DNA from: Thermoplasmata archaeon
Lineage (GTDB): Archaea > Thermoplasmatota > Thermoplasmata > Thermoplasmatales > Thermoplasmataceae
Length of the DNA: 52,149 nucleotides
Reading direction: 5' to 3'
NCBI GenBank assembly: GCA_021799185.1
Contig: JAJZAW010000001.1
Coordinates: forward strand, 1-52,149
The translations under genes were made by a program, and so were the position numbers. How positions within the stretch are numbered: position 1 is the first letter of the stretch; each line of letters begins with the position of its first letter. The notes under the pieces are model-generated. The model was not told where the DNA came from. It saw only the letters and a list, made by a program, of their open reading frames with translations, and searched no databases. Positions 10,181 to 19,889 of the stretch are shown here, one piece after another.

Positions 10181-10479
10181 CTCATGGGAATATTCTGACA
10201 GCCTGCCCGGTTCATCACCGAAGCATGCCAATGAGATTTTCCGCATGAATGCTGTTCTACCCATGCGCCCTTTAACAGGATGCTGCCGGCGAAAAAGCAG
10301 TGATAATTCCTGCAAGCGCGGCTGAAGATGCAACACATGCCACCTTTGAATATCTGAATTCCGTTGTTCTGGCGGGCTTTTTTCGCGCCATTCACATGGA
10401 CTGGAACAGGTTATAATGGGGCCCTCTGTCCAGGTACGATAAAATATTAATTCTGACACATATTAAGATTGGGATAACA

Positions 10480-11043
10480 TTGCTGGAAACACTTTTATAT
10501 ATGCCCGCAGCAAATGCAGTTCAACCTGCTGCCACGCCGGCGGGGTCCTTTGAAACACTGGTAATTTTTCTTGCCATCATTGCAATCATAGTGGCCAGAA
10601 GGATCATTCGCGGCATATATGGTAGGCGTTACAGCACAGGGAGAGTTATGTTTCTTCCAGTGTTCTATGTTCTTCTCACGCTGGCCTTTGTCTTATTCCT
10701 TAACCTTGGAGATACTGAGATATATTACACACTGCTCCTGATTCCAGCAGGTGCACTCATGGGCCTTAGAATCGGCGGCGGAATATCATTCTTCATGAGG
10801 AACGGGGAAGTATACTACAGGCGTTCGCCGATCATTCTGATAATATGGCTAGCTTCCTATGTTTCCAGGATTCTTCTGGAAATTCTCTACCCCACCAACC
10901 GTACCATCGTATTTGCTGTTGATGTCGCACTGGCACTCACTGCCGGACTCATAATCGGAGAGGCCATTCATATCATCAGGGGACGCAGGGATTTCAATCC
11001 GGTGCCGGAAAAGGAAGAAGAAAGGTTTGTCATCAACCAGTGA
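10480..11043 (+). CDS. Integral membrane protein of unknown function
   Basis: 187-aa ORF with a TTG start (the first ATG is at 10501) and 4-5 hydrophobic helices. The family is not recognised with confidence. Confidence 0.55.
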   Translation: MLETLLYMPAANAVQPAATPAGSFETLVIFLAIIAIIVARRIIRGIYGRRYSTGRVMFLPVFYVLLTLAFVLFLNLGDTEIYYTLLLIPAGALMGLRIGGGISFFMRNGEVYYRRSPIILIIWLASYVSRILLEILYPTNRTIVFAVDVALALTAGLIIGEAIHIIRGRRDFNPVPEKEEERFVINQ

Positions 11044-11070
11044 CCGGGGAAAGGGAGGGGTGCTCTTTCC

Positions 11071-11736
11071 TTGAAGCGGGATTTCAGGGGAGGCCTGACA
11101 GCTATTTCGGCAGGCTACATCCCTTCAGGCATTGCATTTGGGGCCATAGCAACAGCTTTGCACGTACCAGTATGGGCAACAGTATCACTTTCGGCACTGG
11201 TGTACTCCGGGGCAGTGCAGTCGGCGTTCGTGGGGTTTTGGAGCATTGGCATAGACCCTGCAACTCTCCTCCTGACGGCTTTCCTGCTCAATCTCCGGCA
11301 TACTTTTTACGGCCCACATCTGGGCAGCATCAGGGAAGACATAACACTGAAGGATATGATGTCGATTGCACCTCTACTGACAGACGAAGTTTATGCGCTT
11401 TCTGTTCAGAGCCCACCCTTGCCCAAGGGCCTGGTGAGGAACATGAGCCTGTATGCCTACGTGAACTGGATTGGTTCCACGGCCGCCGGTTCTGTTATGG
11501 TGAACTTCCTGCCGGCAGGCGTGGAGGCTGCAATAGCAATTGCACTGCCTGCCCTTTTCCTCGCCCTTCTCATACCAAAGATATCAGACAGGTCTACTGC
11601 CTTAACCGCTGCAGCATCAATATCAGTTTCTGTGGCTGCAAGGGCACTGCATCTGCCGTCATACTTTATAATGGTTCCGATACTGGTTGGAGTTGCATCC
11701 GGAATGATGATTGTGATGCGCAGGAGGAATAAATGA
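11071..11736 (+). CDS. azlC: AzlC family branched-chain amino acid permease subunit
   Basis: 221-aa polytopic protein with AzlC-like blocks (GIAFGA, SALVYSGAVQ, LNLRHTFYG). It overlaps the downstream azlD start by 4 nt. Confidence 0.8.
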   Translation: MKRDFRGGLTAISAGYIPSGIAFGAIATALHVPVWATVSLSALVYSGAVQSAFVGFWSIGIDPATLLLTAFLLNLRHTFYGPHLGSIREDITLKDMMSIAPLLTDEVYALSVQSPPLPKGLVRNMSLYAYVNWIGSTAAGSVMVNFLPAGVEAAIAIALPALFLALLIPKISDRSTALTAAASISVSVAARALHLPSYFIMVPILVGVASGMMIVMRRRNK

Positions 11737-12020
11737 TTCTTATATTTCTGATCGCTTCCCTTGCGCTTCTCAGCCTTTCTCAGCGCCTCGTCCCATGGCT
11801 GGTAATTTCCAGGTTCAGAGGCGGAAGGAACATGGAGCAGATATTCAACCTCTTCGCAGTCTCTGCTTTTTCTGCACTTGCGGTTTATAACATCACTGAA
11901 TTCTCTCCTGGCACAGCCCTGTCACTTGCAGTTGCTGTTGCAGTGGCAGTGCGCACAAAAAATCTGGGATACGCGGTGCTTGCGGCAATAGCAGTATCAT
12001 TGGCTTCACTGTACATATGA
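11733..12020 (+). CDS. azlD: AzlD family small membrane subunit
   Basis: 95-aa hydrophobic protein coupled to azlC by an ATGA overlap. This is the canonical azlCD arrangement. Confidence 0.75.
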   Translation: MILIFLIASLALLSLSQRLVPWLVISRFRGGRNMEQIFNLFAVSAFSALAVYNITEFSPGTALSLAVAVAVAVRTKNLGYAVLAAIAVSLASLYI

Positions 12021-12054
12021 GGCACACAGAAGAGCCGGGTCCCGAGAAGCCAGA

Positions 12055-12999
12055 TTATGTGGATTCCAGGGCTTCCACATCCCTGACATAGTGAATATCA
12101 ATATCCCATTCCCTGAACTGCTTGATGGCCTCCTTCATTGTATCGAAAAAGTCAGGAAGAACTATGAGGGGGACTATTGTCGAGAATGAGAACGTCTTCC
12201 CGTTAAGCTTCTGCGGCATTCCAAGGGTTATTGTGAAATTCTCTGATGCCTGCTTGACAAAGAACTCAATCAGGGGGTTTGTAAATGAGGTCTCGTATAT
12301 GTGGTCTTTTTTGGATATCTCTGTAACGAAGCTGTTCCTGTCGGTAAGGAGCGAATGTTTATCATAATATACAGCCCTGATTTCATCTTCAAGCAGATAT
12401 TTGAGCTCGCGTGTCCAGGATACGCCAAGGTTCACAATGACAGGGTCGTTTGTTATGTTCATGAATGAGGGCGGGACAGATGATGTTATCTCAACGTACT
12501 TGAGGGGAGTTACTTCAGACAGCTCCTTGAATACGTCGATTGCACCTGTGCTTGGCCCGATGTACTGGATTGCGTACCTGCTGAAATCCATGAAATTCTG
12601 CCTCAGGGCTTTCGTGACGTTCTGCTCATCATTTTCATGGAATCTGAAATAAATATAGCAGTAGCCGTCATGCACGATAACCCCGTCCACAACCAGTGAA
12701 GGGACGGCATTCAGTGCCGTGAAGCCCTGAAGGAATTTCGTTCCGGTAAGGTCGATCTTTACCATTATGGCATCCCTTGACCTCTTTATATCATATTTGG
12801 AAATCTCCTTAAGGTCGCTGTCATCAAGGCCAGGGCTGTTCTCCATGTTGACAATGGCATATCCGCCTTCCCTGGTAATCCTGATCCTGACGATCATGGG
12901 CATATTGTACTTAACTGAGAAAGCCGTGATGGGAAGATCCACGGCAAAGGAAAATACCACCTGCCTGTTGAGCATCCTGTCTATCTCCTCGATTATCAT
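12055..12999 (-). CDS. Hypothetical protein (314 aa), family not recognised
   Basis: A long ORF with ordinary soluble-protein composition and no competing real ORF on the other strand. Confidence 0.6.
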   Translation of the reverse strand: MIIEEIDRMLNRQVVFSFAVDLPITAFSVKYNMPMIVRIRITREGGYAIVNMENSPGLDDSDLKEISKYDIKRSRDAIMVKIDLTGTKFLQGFTALNAVPSLVVDGVIVHDGYCYIYFRFHENDEQNVTKALRQNFMDFSRYAIQYIGPSTGAIDVFKELSEVTPLKYVEITSSVPPSFMNITNDPVIVNLGVSWTRELKYLLEDEIRAVYYDKHSLLTDRNSFVTEISKKDHIYETSFTNPLIEFFVKQASENFTITLGMPQKLNGKTFSFSTIVPLIVLPDFFDTMKEAIKQFREWDIDIHYVRDVEALEST

Positions 13000-13092
13000 A
13001 GGAAGAATAAGCGTCAGGTTGTTAAAAAATTATTCATATGGTCATAAAATTTCTCATGCGTTCAGGAAGCGCCCCATGCTGGGCACGGTTAT

Positions 13093-13716
13093 TCAGTGCG
13101 ACCTGAGGAAATCGGTCACTATGGAAAAGAACCGCATGGGCTGGTCTATGTATACCGGATGCGGGGCGTCCTGCACAATCTCCAGCCTTGATCCCCTAAT
13201 GATGGATGCATACTGCTTTCCAAGGGCAGGCAGCACAACATTGTCATTTGATCCCCATATGAAGAGCACGGGCTTGTCAATCCCTGCCATCCTGGCCTTC
13301 TGATCCTCCACCCATGCCGGGGCCACGGCAATGATGCCATCCACAGACTCGGGCATGTCCATGGCTGCCATTACAGCCATTCCGCCGCCCATTGAGGCGC
13401 CAAGTATGTAGGATTTTTTCACTCCAATGAGTTTCAGGTAATCTCTCAGGAATTCAGTGCCCCTTGATATGTCTCCCCTCCTGACAGCATAACTGTCCTG
13501 AGGGTCTGAGTTGCCGAAACCGGGATAATCCGGTGCATAGACATTGAATCCCAGGTCGCCAAGATGCTGGAACGCACCTACATCCTTCCAGTTCCTTGAG
13601 GTGAAAGACCACCCATGGAGGAGTATTATGTTCCTGCCTGCCCCTGATTCAAGCTTTCTGTGGAAGAGTGTGCCGCTGTTGAACTGCATGTATTCCTGTT
13701 TTATTTCATCTGACAT
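13093..13716 (-). CDS. Alpha/beta hydrolase fold protein
   Basis: The 207-aa product has an HGW oxyanion-type motif (LLHGWSFTSRNW), the nucleophile elbow GASMGG, and a C-terminal His (DAPHPVY). Confidence 0.85.
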   Translation of the reverse strand: MSDEIKQEYMQFNSGTLFHRKLESGAGRNIILLHGWSFTSRNWKDVGAFQHLGDLGFNVYAPDYPGFGNSDPQDSYAVRRGDISRGTEFLRDYLKLIGVKKSYILGASMGGGMAVMAAMDMPESVDGIIAVAPAWVEDQKARMAGIDKPVLFIWGSNDNVVLPALGKQYASIIRGSRLEIVQDAPHPVYIDQPMRFFSIVTDFLRSH

Positions 13717-13791
13717 GAATGAATATCACAATTACAGATTAAAAGTTGATGACCAGCAATTAAATGGCACCCTGTGGGTGCACGGAGCCCT

Positions 13792-15435
13792 TCAGTGGTG
13801 CGTTATCATATATTTCAGGTTCATCCTGTTCCCGGAAAAAACTGGAGGCGGCATCTCGGCAAGTTCTCTGGCGATTGCCGGTTTGAATTCCATTCTGCCC
13901 AGTATGTCCCTGTCCACATCTACGCCTGGAGCGACCTCATCCAGCCTGAGCCCGTCCCGCGTCAGGGTGAACACAGCCCTCTCTGTGAAGTACCTGACCT
14001 CCTTTGTGAATTTCATTGCCTGCTTTCCGCTGAAAAATATCTTGTAAACCCTGTTGACGAACTTCAGGACATCTCCGTCGGATCTGATGTTCAGTTTTCC
14101 GTTTTCGGAAGTAATGTCACTTTTCCCGGCTGTAAATGTCCCGGCAAAGTAAACGCGTGGCGTACCCTCAGCTATGACGGGGAATCCGCCCGGTCCGGTG
14201 AGCTTACCAGGTATGTATGATGGGTTGACATTTCCGTACTGATCAACCTGGAGGAATCCCAGGGAAGCAGTATCTATAATGCCACCTTCATAATTTGAAA
14301 ACATGTCGGGTATCGTGGAGAGGGCAAATGCCCCCATTGATATTCCAAAGTCCGGCCCGGTAAGGGCAACGCCTCCCCATGGCCCTGATTCAACCACACT
14401 CACAATATCCCTTGAAAGGCCCTCTTCCGAGATGATTCCGGAAAGCAGTGCCGGGACGCCAACCCCAAGGTTGATAAGTATGGGGGACCCCTTGCCGTTG
14501 AGCAGCTTTATGAGTTCAAGTGCAACCCTTCTTGCTATGATCCTGTGCAGCACAGGCGATCTTGCAGATCCCGTGTCACCAAGAAGCCGGTCAGTATTTC
14601 CAGGGCTGACCCTGAAGCATGCCCTGGGATCATATTCGAAGGAACTTGCCTGCCAGTGGTACTGTGGCGGTGAGGTAACAACGTAATCAACCAGCGGGTA
14701 TGGCACTTCAACCTGCCTGGGTGAAAACGCTCCGTCAACAACAACGCGTTTCACCTGGGCAACAACCTTTCCTGGATTTGGCATGGCCTTGCTGGCCTGT
14801 GCTATGCTCACCACTGTTCCCCTTATGGGTTCATCCTCCATGCTCAGGTTTCCCAGCCTGTCAGATGATGTTACCCTGATGAAGGATACTTCCGGCTTCG
14901 GTGCCCTGTATACCAGAAACTCATCTCCGGACAGATCAATCCTGGTTGAGTAGCACATCCTGTTTCTGGCAGCAGATTCATTCAGTGTACCGGCATCCTG
15001 ATCCGGATCAAGGAAAGTGCCCATGCCTATCTTGGTGAGCAGCCCAGGTCTGCCGGATGCAACCTCCCTGAACCAGTATGCAGTGATTCCGATGGGCCAT
15101 CCATAGACCTGGAATCTATTCTCCAGGGTCATTTTCTGGAGATATGGAGAGAATCCCATAAATGGAACAAGCATTCCCTTAATGAAATTGTAGTCTCCAG
15201 ATTCTGACATGTCCTTCAGGACAAGGTCTAGTGCCCTCCCCGGGGAAGCAGGGAGAGCATCCGTTTCAATGAATATGGATCTGGGATGCCCGGTGGCCTG
15301 GTATTTCCTATAAAGCTCCAGTATCAGGAATTCCGGTGTGGTAGCCAGGTTGAATCCAGAAATGGCAAGAACACTGTCATCATGAATTTCATCCAGATAT
15401 GCGGTATCTCCTTCCGGGGATATTGACGGTCTCAT
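13792..15435 (-). CDS. Acyl-CoA:acetate / 3-ketoacid CoA-transferase family protein (fused subunits)
   Basis: 547-aa product with family I CoA-transferase features, including the SENG motif (ITSENGKL) and LGFLQVDQYGNVN. Confidence 0.8.
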   Translation of the reverse strand: MRPSISPEGDTAYLDEIHDDSVLAISGFNLATTPEFLILELYRKYQATGHPRSIFIETDALPASPGRALDLVLKDMSESGDYNFIKGMLVPFMGFSPYLQKMTLENRFQVYGWPIGITAYWFREVASGRPGLLTKIGMGTFLDPDQDAGTLNESAARNRMCYSTRIDLSGDEFLVYRAPKPEVSFIRVTSSDRLGNLSMEDEPIRGTVVSIAQASKAMPNPGKVVAQVKRVVVDGAFSPRQVEVPYPLVDYVVTSPPQYHWQASSFEYDPRACFRVSPGNTDRLLGDTGSARSPVLHRIIARRVALELIKLLNGKGSPILINLGVGVPALLSGIISEEGLSRDIVSVVESGPWGGVALTGPDFGISMGAFALSTIPDMFSNYEGGIIDTASLGFLQVDQYGNVNPSYIPGKLTGPGGFPVIAEGTPRVYFAGTFTAGKSDITSENGKLNIRSDGDVLKFVNRVYKIFFSGKQAMKFTKEVRYFTERAVFTLTRDGLRLDEVAPGVDVDRDILGRMEFKPAIARELAEMPPPVFSGNRMNLKYMITHH

Positions 15436-15512
15436 TCGTATCCAGCTTTCATGGGCAGGTTGAATAAAAATAGTGTGCCTGAGCGGTTAAGGCAAGCAAA
15501 GCATTTCAGAGA

Positions 15513-16094
15513 TCAGGCTTTCGATCTGTATATGAGGTTGCTGAGGTGCTCAAGTATCTTCACCGCATCTTCCTGTTTTGCTGTAAGTATGATCTCCGTG
15601 TCGAACCTGTATATCTTCTCAATGTTCACCTTCTGAAGCATGAGGTACTCAACCACAAAAAGGGTCAGCCCTGGACTCCGTGAGGCATCCTCCGGGAGTT
15701 CTATCTTTATGAGGGCAAGGTCGCCATCATCCATTCCTCCCATGAGGCACTTGAATCCCTGGGGTGTCCTGACTGCAACGATGGAATTGCTGTCTATGTC
15801 CCCGGGCCTGGGCACAAGTTTCTCCTTGTATTTGTAGTCAAGGGAGAGCTTGGAATTCCTCAGGAGATCTATCTGCCTGCCCCATGTCAGTTCTGGCTTT
15901 ATCTGGGTAAGGCTCTTCACAAGAGTGTTTATCTTCACATCCTTGTCCGTCATGCTTTCCACTGTAGGCTGGATCTTCCTGGCAAGGTTTGCATAGTTGA
16001 CAAGTCCGCTCTTTATCATGGTGGCGTAGAGTGGGTTTTCCTGTACCACAAGTTTCACAGCATCATTTATCTTAGTCATGTATATGTTATTCAA
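15513..16094 (-). CDS. Conserved-looking hypothetical protein (193 aa)
   Basis: A clean ORF with a probable start at the MTKINDAV Met (16079). The N-terminus could be HTH-like (LVNYANLARKI). The family is not recognised. Confidence 0.55.
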   Translation of the reverse strand: MNNIYMTKINDAVKLVVQENPLYATMIKSGLVNYANLARKIQPTVESMTDKDVKINTLVKSLTQIKPELTWGRQIDLLRNSKLSLDYKYKEKLVPRPGDIDSNSIVAVRTPQGFKCLMGGMDDGDLALIKIELPEDASRSPGLTLFVVEYLMLQKVNIEKIYRFDTEIILTAKQEDAVKILEHLSNLIYRSKA

Positions 16095-16256
16095 TCCTTA
16101 TTTATGAATATAGCCCCTGATATATCATGGATTCCAAGATGATGTTCACAACAGCTCATGTTTGACTGTTTTACCGTGTGTAATGAAATAATGATGTAGC
16201 TACATTCCAGAAGGAAAGCTGGGAATACCGGCTATGGCAAAGCTTTAGCCGGGGAA

Positions 16257-17126
16257 GTGCTCACCCAATGGTTGAGGGAACTCAAGTTTCTTTTGCCTTA
16301 CGTAGTATTCACTGCATTTTCGTACTTTTTCGCCAAGAACGGCCTTGGATTCGCCTCGCCACTTGTGTTCATGGGATTGAGGTATCTCATGGCAGGTGCA
16401 CTGCTGCTGTCAATATCAAGAAGGATCATACTGACACGGAGCCTTCTCTTCCTCTCCGCTGTAACAGTCACCAGTACGGTGTTCTGGGCATACGGACTGC
16501 TCTACGTTTCCCCATCCGAATCAGCAGTGCTCAGCTATTCAATGCCGCTTTTCTCCCTTCCAATAGCTTTTCTAATGGTTTCAGAGAAGCCCTCCGGAAT
16601 GGAGATTCTGGGAATAGTAATAGGTTTCGTCGGTGTTCTCATATACGGCATACCACTGCTTTCAGGCTTCACGCTTACAGGAATGGCCCTTACCATCATC
16701 AATGCATTTTTCTGGGGTACATTCACGGTCTTCTACAGGAAAATCAGGGATCAGGATCCAGTTGCGGTGAACGCGACGCAGTTTATTGTTGGTGCAGGTA
16801 TAATGCTTGCATTGAGTCCCCTTGATTTTCACCTCAGGGTAACAGCTGGTTTTCTTATTGATCTTGTCTGGATGGGCACACTGGGCGGCGCACTGCAGTT
16901 CCTCCTGTGGAATTACATGGTACGCATAAGCAAGGTGAATCGCATAACTGTCCTTGCATTCAGTGTGCCAATTTTCACCGTGGTGCTGCAGGCTTTCATG
17001 ACCGCAAAGATTCCAGGCGTGCTCTCAATTGCAGGTGTAGCCATAATGTTCACAGGAATATTCCTTTCAAGGATCAGGGGTGGCATATCCGTTGTTGAGC
17101 CAGGGAAAAATACGGGAAACGGATGA
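16257..17126 (+). CDS. EamA/DMT superfamily transporter
   Basis: 289-aa, 10-TM protein with two EamA-like halves and a GTG start. Confidence 0.8.
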   Translation: MLTQWLRELKFLLPYVVFTAFSYFFAKNGLGFASPLVFMGLRYLMAGALLLSISRRIILTRSLLFLSAVTVTSTVFWAYGLLYVSPSESAVLSYSMPLFSLPIAFLMVSEKPSGMEILGIVIGFVGVLIYGIPLLSGFTLTGMALTIINAFFWGTFTVFYRKIRDQDPVAVNATQFIVGAGIMLALSPLDFHLRVTAGFLIDLVWMGTLGGALQFLLWNYMVRISKVNRITVLAFSVPIFTVVLQAFMTAKIPGVLSIAGVAIMFTGIFLSRIRGGISVVEPGKNTGNG

Positions 17127-17201
17127 GCACGACACAGTGCCGCTCAACGCCGGCAGGAATTATTAATCAGCGAAATATGCATGCCTGCCATGGCCATCTG
17201 A

Positions 17202-18611
17202 TTGAGTGATTCAGGATCAAGGAGGCTGGTGCTCGCAACAACCTCCGTTTCGGCATTCGCAACCCCGTTTCTTTCAAGCGCCATTGCATTTGCAGTGCCC
17301 CGCATAGGTGTCTCTTTCCGCCTGGACTTTACACAGGCAGCCCTGATACCCATGATCTATCTAATTCCACTGGCCTCCTTCATGATATTCTTTGGCAGAA
17401 TATCCGATAATGTGGGGAGGGTAAAGATATTCAGGTTCGGCCTTGCGGTCTTCTCAGCATCATCCATTGCGGCTTCCTTCTCCCCATCATATGCTTTCCT
17501 CATTGCCATGGTGTCGCTTGCCGGCCTGGGTTCAGCTATCCTCAGCACCAATTCAACTGCCATAGTGAGCTATGTTTATTCCGGCGGAGGGCGGGGCTTT
17601 GCTCTCGGCATCAACGCAATGTCCGTGTACCTTGGTCTGACCTTTGCCCCGTTTCTTGGCGGCATCCTGATGGAATTCAGCGGATGGAGGTCAGTGTTCC
17701 TGTTCTCAGGCCCTGTTGGCATCGCAGCTCTGGCACTTTCTGCATACAGCATGCGGAACATTGAGATCAGGAAGAGAAACGCAGCATCTGGTATGTCGGG
17801 TTCTGTCTTTCTGGCCGGATCCATACTATCACTGACCGCATATGTTGCCATCTGGGATGTGGCAGGTTTCCTGATGGCAGCCTGCATTCTCCCTGTGGCG
17901 GCTGTTTTCATCACACTTTTCGCCATGTACGGTACACATGGCGCAGGTGAGGCGGTGCCGGCCGGGATGCTGAAAGGCAACAGGACATTTGCTGCCTCCA
18001 ATCTCACGGCGCTTCTCAACTATATCAGCACATTCTCCATTGTCTTCATCTTCTCAATTTATCTTCAGGTGATTCTTCATGTGAGCCCGTTCATGTCAGG
18101 GATACTCATACTTCCGGAACCTGTGTTGATGGTTGCCCTGTCGCCTGTTGCCGGAAAGCTCGCTGACAGATTCGGGTCAAGATCCATTGCATCGGCAGGA
18201 ATGATTATCATAGGCCTCGCGTTTCTCGGCCTTTACTTCATGCGTCCTCTCGGGAGGGTGGAGATACTGACACTCCTTGGAATCATCGGTGTTGGATTTG
18301 GGCTATTCTCAGCTCCGAACACCAATTCCGTGATGGGATCCGTGTCCCGCGACAGCTCCGGGACTGCATCTGGATTCCTTGGAACAATGAGGTTCACGGG
18401 ACAGCTTTTCAGTATTGTGCTTGCAACTGCCGTAATATCAGCCTATATACCCAGATCGCTGGCTGTGGGCATGTTTTCAGGGACGGTTGTTGCAATAACG
18501 CCGCAGTATTTCAGCAGCTTTTCTCAGGGATTCCGCACCGTGATGATCATTTCGGCGATTCTCAGCCTTGCCGGGGCGATCACTTCACTCCTGAAGAACA
18601 GGGGGCAGTGA
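17202..18611 (+). CDS. MFS transporter (14-TM DHA2/EmrB-like drug:H+ antiporter type)
   Basis: 469-aa polytopic product with the MFS loop motif GRISDNVGRVK and a second-half motif GKLADRFGSR. It has a TTG start. Confidence 0.8.
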   Translation: MSDSGSRRLVLATTSVSAFATPFLSSAIAFAVPRIGVSFRLDFTQAALIPMIYLIPLASFMIFFGRISDNVGRVKIFRFGLAVFSASSIAASFSPSYAFLIAMVSLAGLGSAILSTNSTAIVSYVYSGGGRGFALGINAMSVYLGLTFAPFLGGILMEFSGWRSVFLFSGPVGIAALALSAYSMRNIEIRKRNAASGMSGSVFLAGSILSLTAYVAIWDVAGFLMAACILPVAAVFITLFAMYGTHGAGEAVPAGMLKGNRTFAASNLTALLNYISTFSIVFIFSIYLQVILHVSPFMSGILILPEPVLMVALSPVAGKLADRFGSRSIASAGMIIIGLAFLGLYFMRPLGRVEILTLLGIIGVGFGLFSAPNTNSVMGSVSRDSSGTASGFLGTMRFTGQLFSIVLATAVISAYIPRSLAVGMFSGTVVAITPQYFSSFSQGFRTVMIISAILSLAGAITSLLKNRGQ

Positions 18612-18653
18612 TGCAAATCGATAGAGATTAATAGTGTACAAAAATGCAATTTA

Positions 18654-19889
18654 ATGGGGAGCAACCGGAGAAGGATGCAGGGTTTCAGCAGCCTGATAAC
18701 ATTCTCCACGGCTGTAGAGCGCATGTCCGGAAGGGAATGGGAAGTTGCTGCTGTGGAATCCATTGAAGTGCTGAAATGTTCTGGAAGGATTTCTGCAGCT
18801 GATGTCTACGCAGGCGAGAATTCGCCGGCCTTCAACAGGAGTGCAGTTGATGGCTATGCTGTAATTTCATCTGATGTATCCGGCGCATCGGAGTACAACT
18901 TTATAACACTGGAAGTAAGGGGGGAAATTGAGGCCGGCAGATCCGGATCGGCATCCCTTATGCACGGAGAGGCATATGAGATATATACCGGAGGAGAGCT
19001 GCCAGATGGATCTGATGCGGTGGTCATGGCGGAATACGCTGAAAGGTCCGGGAATTCTCTCCGGGTGTTCCGGCCGGTCAGAAAATATGAGAACGTGTCA
19101 CGCGCAGGTGAGGACATCAGCACCGGCCAGAAGATCATTGGCAGTGGAGAGATCATAAGGGCACAGCATCTGGCAGCGTGCATTGCGGTTGGAATAGAGA
19201 GGCTACAGGTATTCCGGGCAATGGAAATGGGCATAATATCAACAGGAAATGAGATCATGCCGGGCATGGGTGTTAGAAACACAACACAACCCCTTCTTCT
19301 TTCGTATTTCTCTTCCGCATATTTGAGGACCCATGATCTCGGGGTTGTTCCAGATGATCCGGCTGCAATAAGGTCTGCTTTGGAAAAGAGCCTAAGCAGC
19401 CACAGCATTCTGGCAATTACAGGGGGCACAGGCCTGGGTTCAGGCGATCTTGTGGCAGATGTGCTTGACGGGATGGGTGAAATGGTTTTCGGCGGGGTTA
19501 TGATCCGGCCCGGCCGCACCGTATCCCTGTACAATGTGGGAGGAAAGCCCGTATTCTCAGTATCAGGCCTGCCGGTTGCCGCACTGATCTCACTGGAAGC
19601 GTTCCTGGATCCTTTCCTTAACCTCCTGACAGGGCTGAAGCGCACCAGGGCTGTGGTGAGGGCAGCAGTGACTGAAAGGGTAGCAAACCGGGAAGGGATG
19701 AGATCATACCTGCGTGTCAGGGTGAGAAACACAGAGAAAGGGCTTGTTGCGGATCCGCTGAGGATAACCGGATCTGGAATACTGTCATCGCTCCTCCTCT
19801 CAAACGGCATAACGGTTATTCCTGAAAACAGGGAGGGGCTTGAGGAGGGCGAGATTGTTGACATAACACTCATTGGAGATGTTTACTGA
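18654..19889 (+). CDS. moeA: Molybdopterin molybdenum/tungsten transferase MoeA
   Basis: 411-aa product with MoeA N-terminal, MoCF-binding (ITGGTGLGSGDL) and C-terminal domains. Its stop overlaps the next ATG (TGATG at 19887-19891). Confidence 0.9.
   Translation: MGSNRRRMQGFSSLITFSTAVERMSGREWEVAAVESIEVLKCSGRISAADVYAGENSPAFNRSAVDGYAVISSDVSGASEYNFITLEVRGEIEAGRSGSASLMHGEAYEIYTGGELPDGSDAVVMAEYAERSGNSLRVFRPVRKYENVSRAGEDISTGQKIIGSGEIIRAQHLAACIAVGIERLQVFRAMEMGIISTGNEIMPGMGVRNTTQPLLLSYFSSAYLRTHDLGVVPDDPAAIRSALEKSLSSHSILAITGGTGLGSGDLVADVLDGMGEMVFGGVMIRPGRTVSLYNVGGKPVFSVSGLPVAALISLEAFLDPFLNLLTGLKRTRAVVRAAVTERVANREGMRSYLRVRVRNTEKGLVADPLRITGSGILSSLLLSNGITVIPENREGLEEGEIVDITLIGDVY

Noticed and set aside
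10181-10479. A 300-nt ORF-poor spacer after pip, examined for ncRNA (SRP RNA, RNase P RNA, tRNA).
   Set aside because: No conserved hallmarks of these RNAs are present, no convincing extended helices were found, and the overlapping minus-strand ORFs look non-coding. I left it unannotated.
11040-11732. A 230-aa ORF in an alternative plus frame overlapping azlC.
   Set aside because: The azlC frame gives a coherent polytopic AzlC-like protein coupled to azlD. The alternative frame is Gly/Arg/Cys-rich and unstructured.
18854-19873. A 339-aa ORF antisense to moeA, and similar long shadow ORFs (for example 3954-4466, 8663-9124, 17576-18019, 19903-20352, 25584-26099, 42226-42666).
   Set aside because: Each lies entirely inside, and antisense to, a gene with strong family motifs. 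The translations are Ser/Pro/Arg-rich and low-complexity with no motifs. These are typical mirror-frame artefacts.
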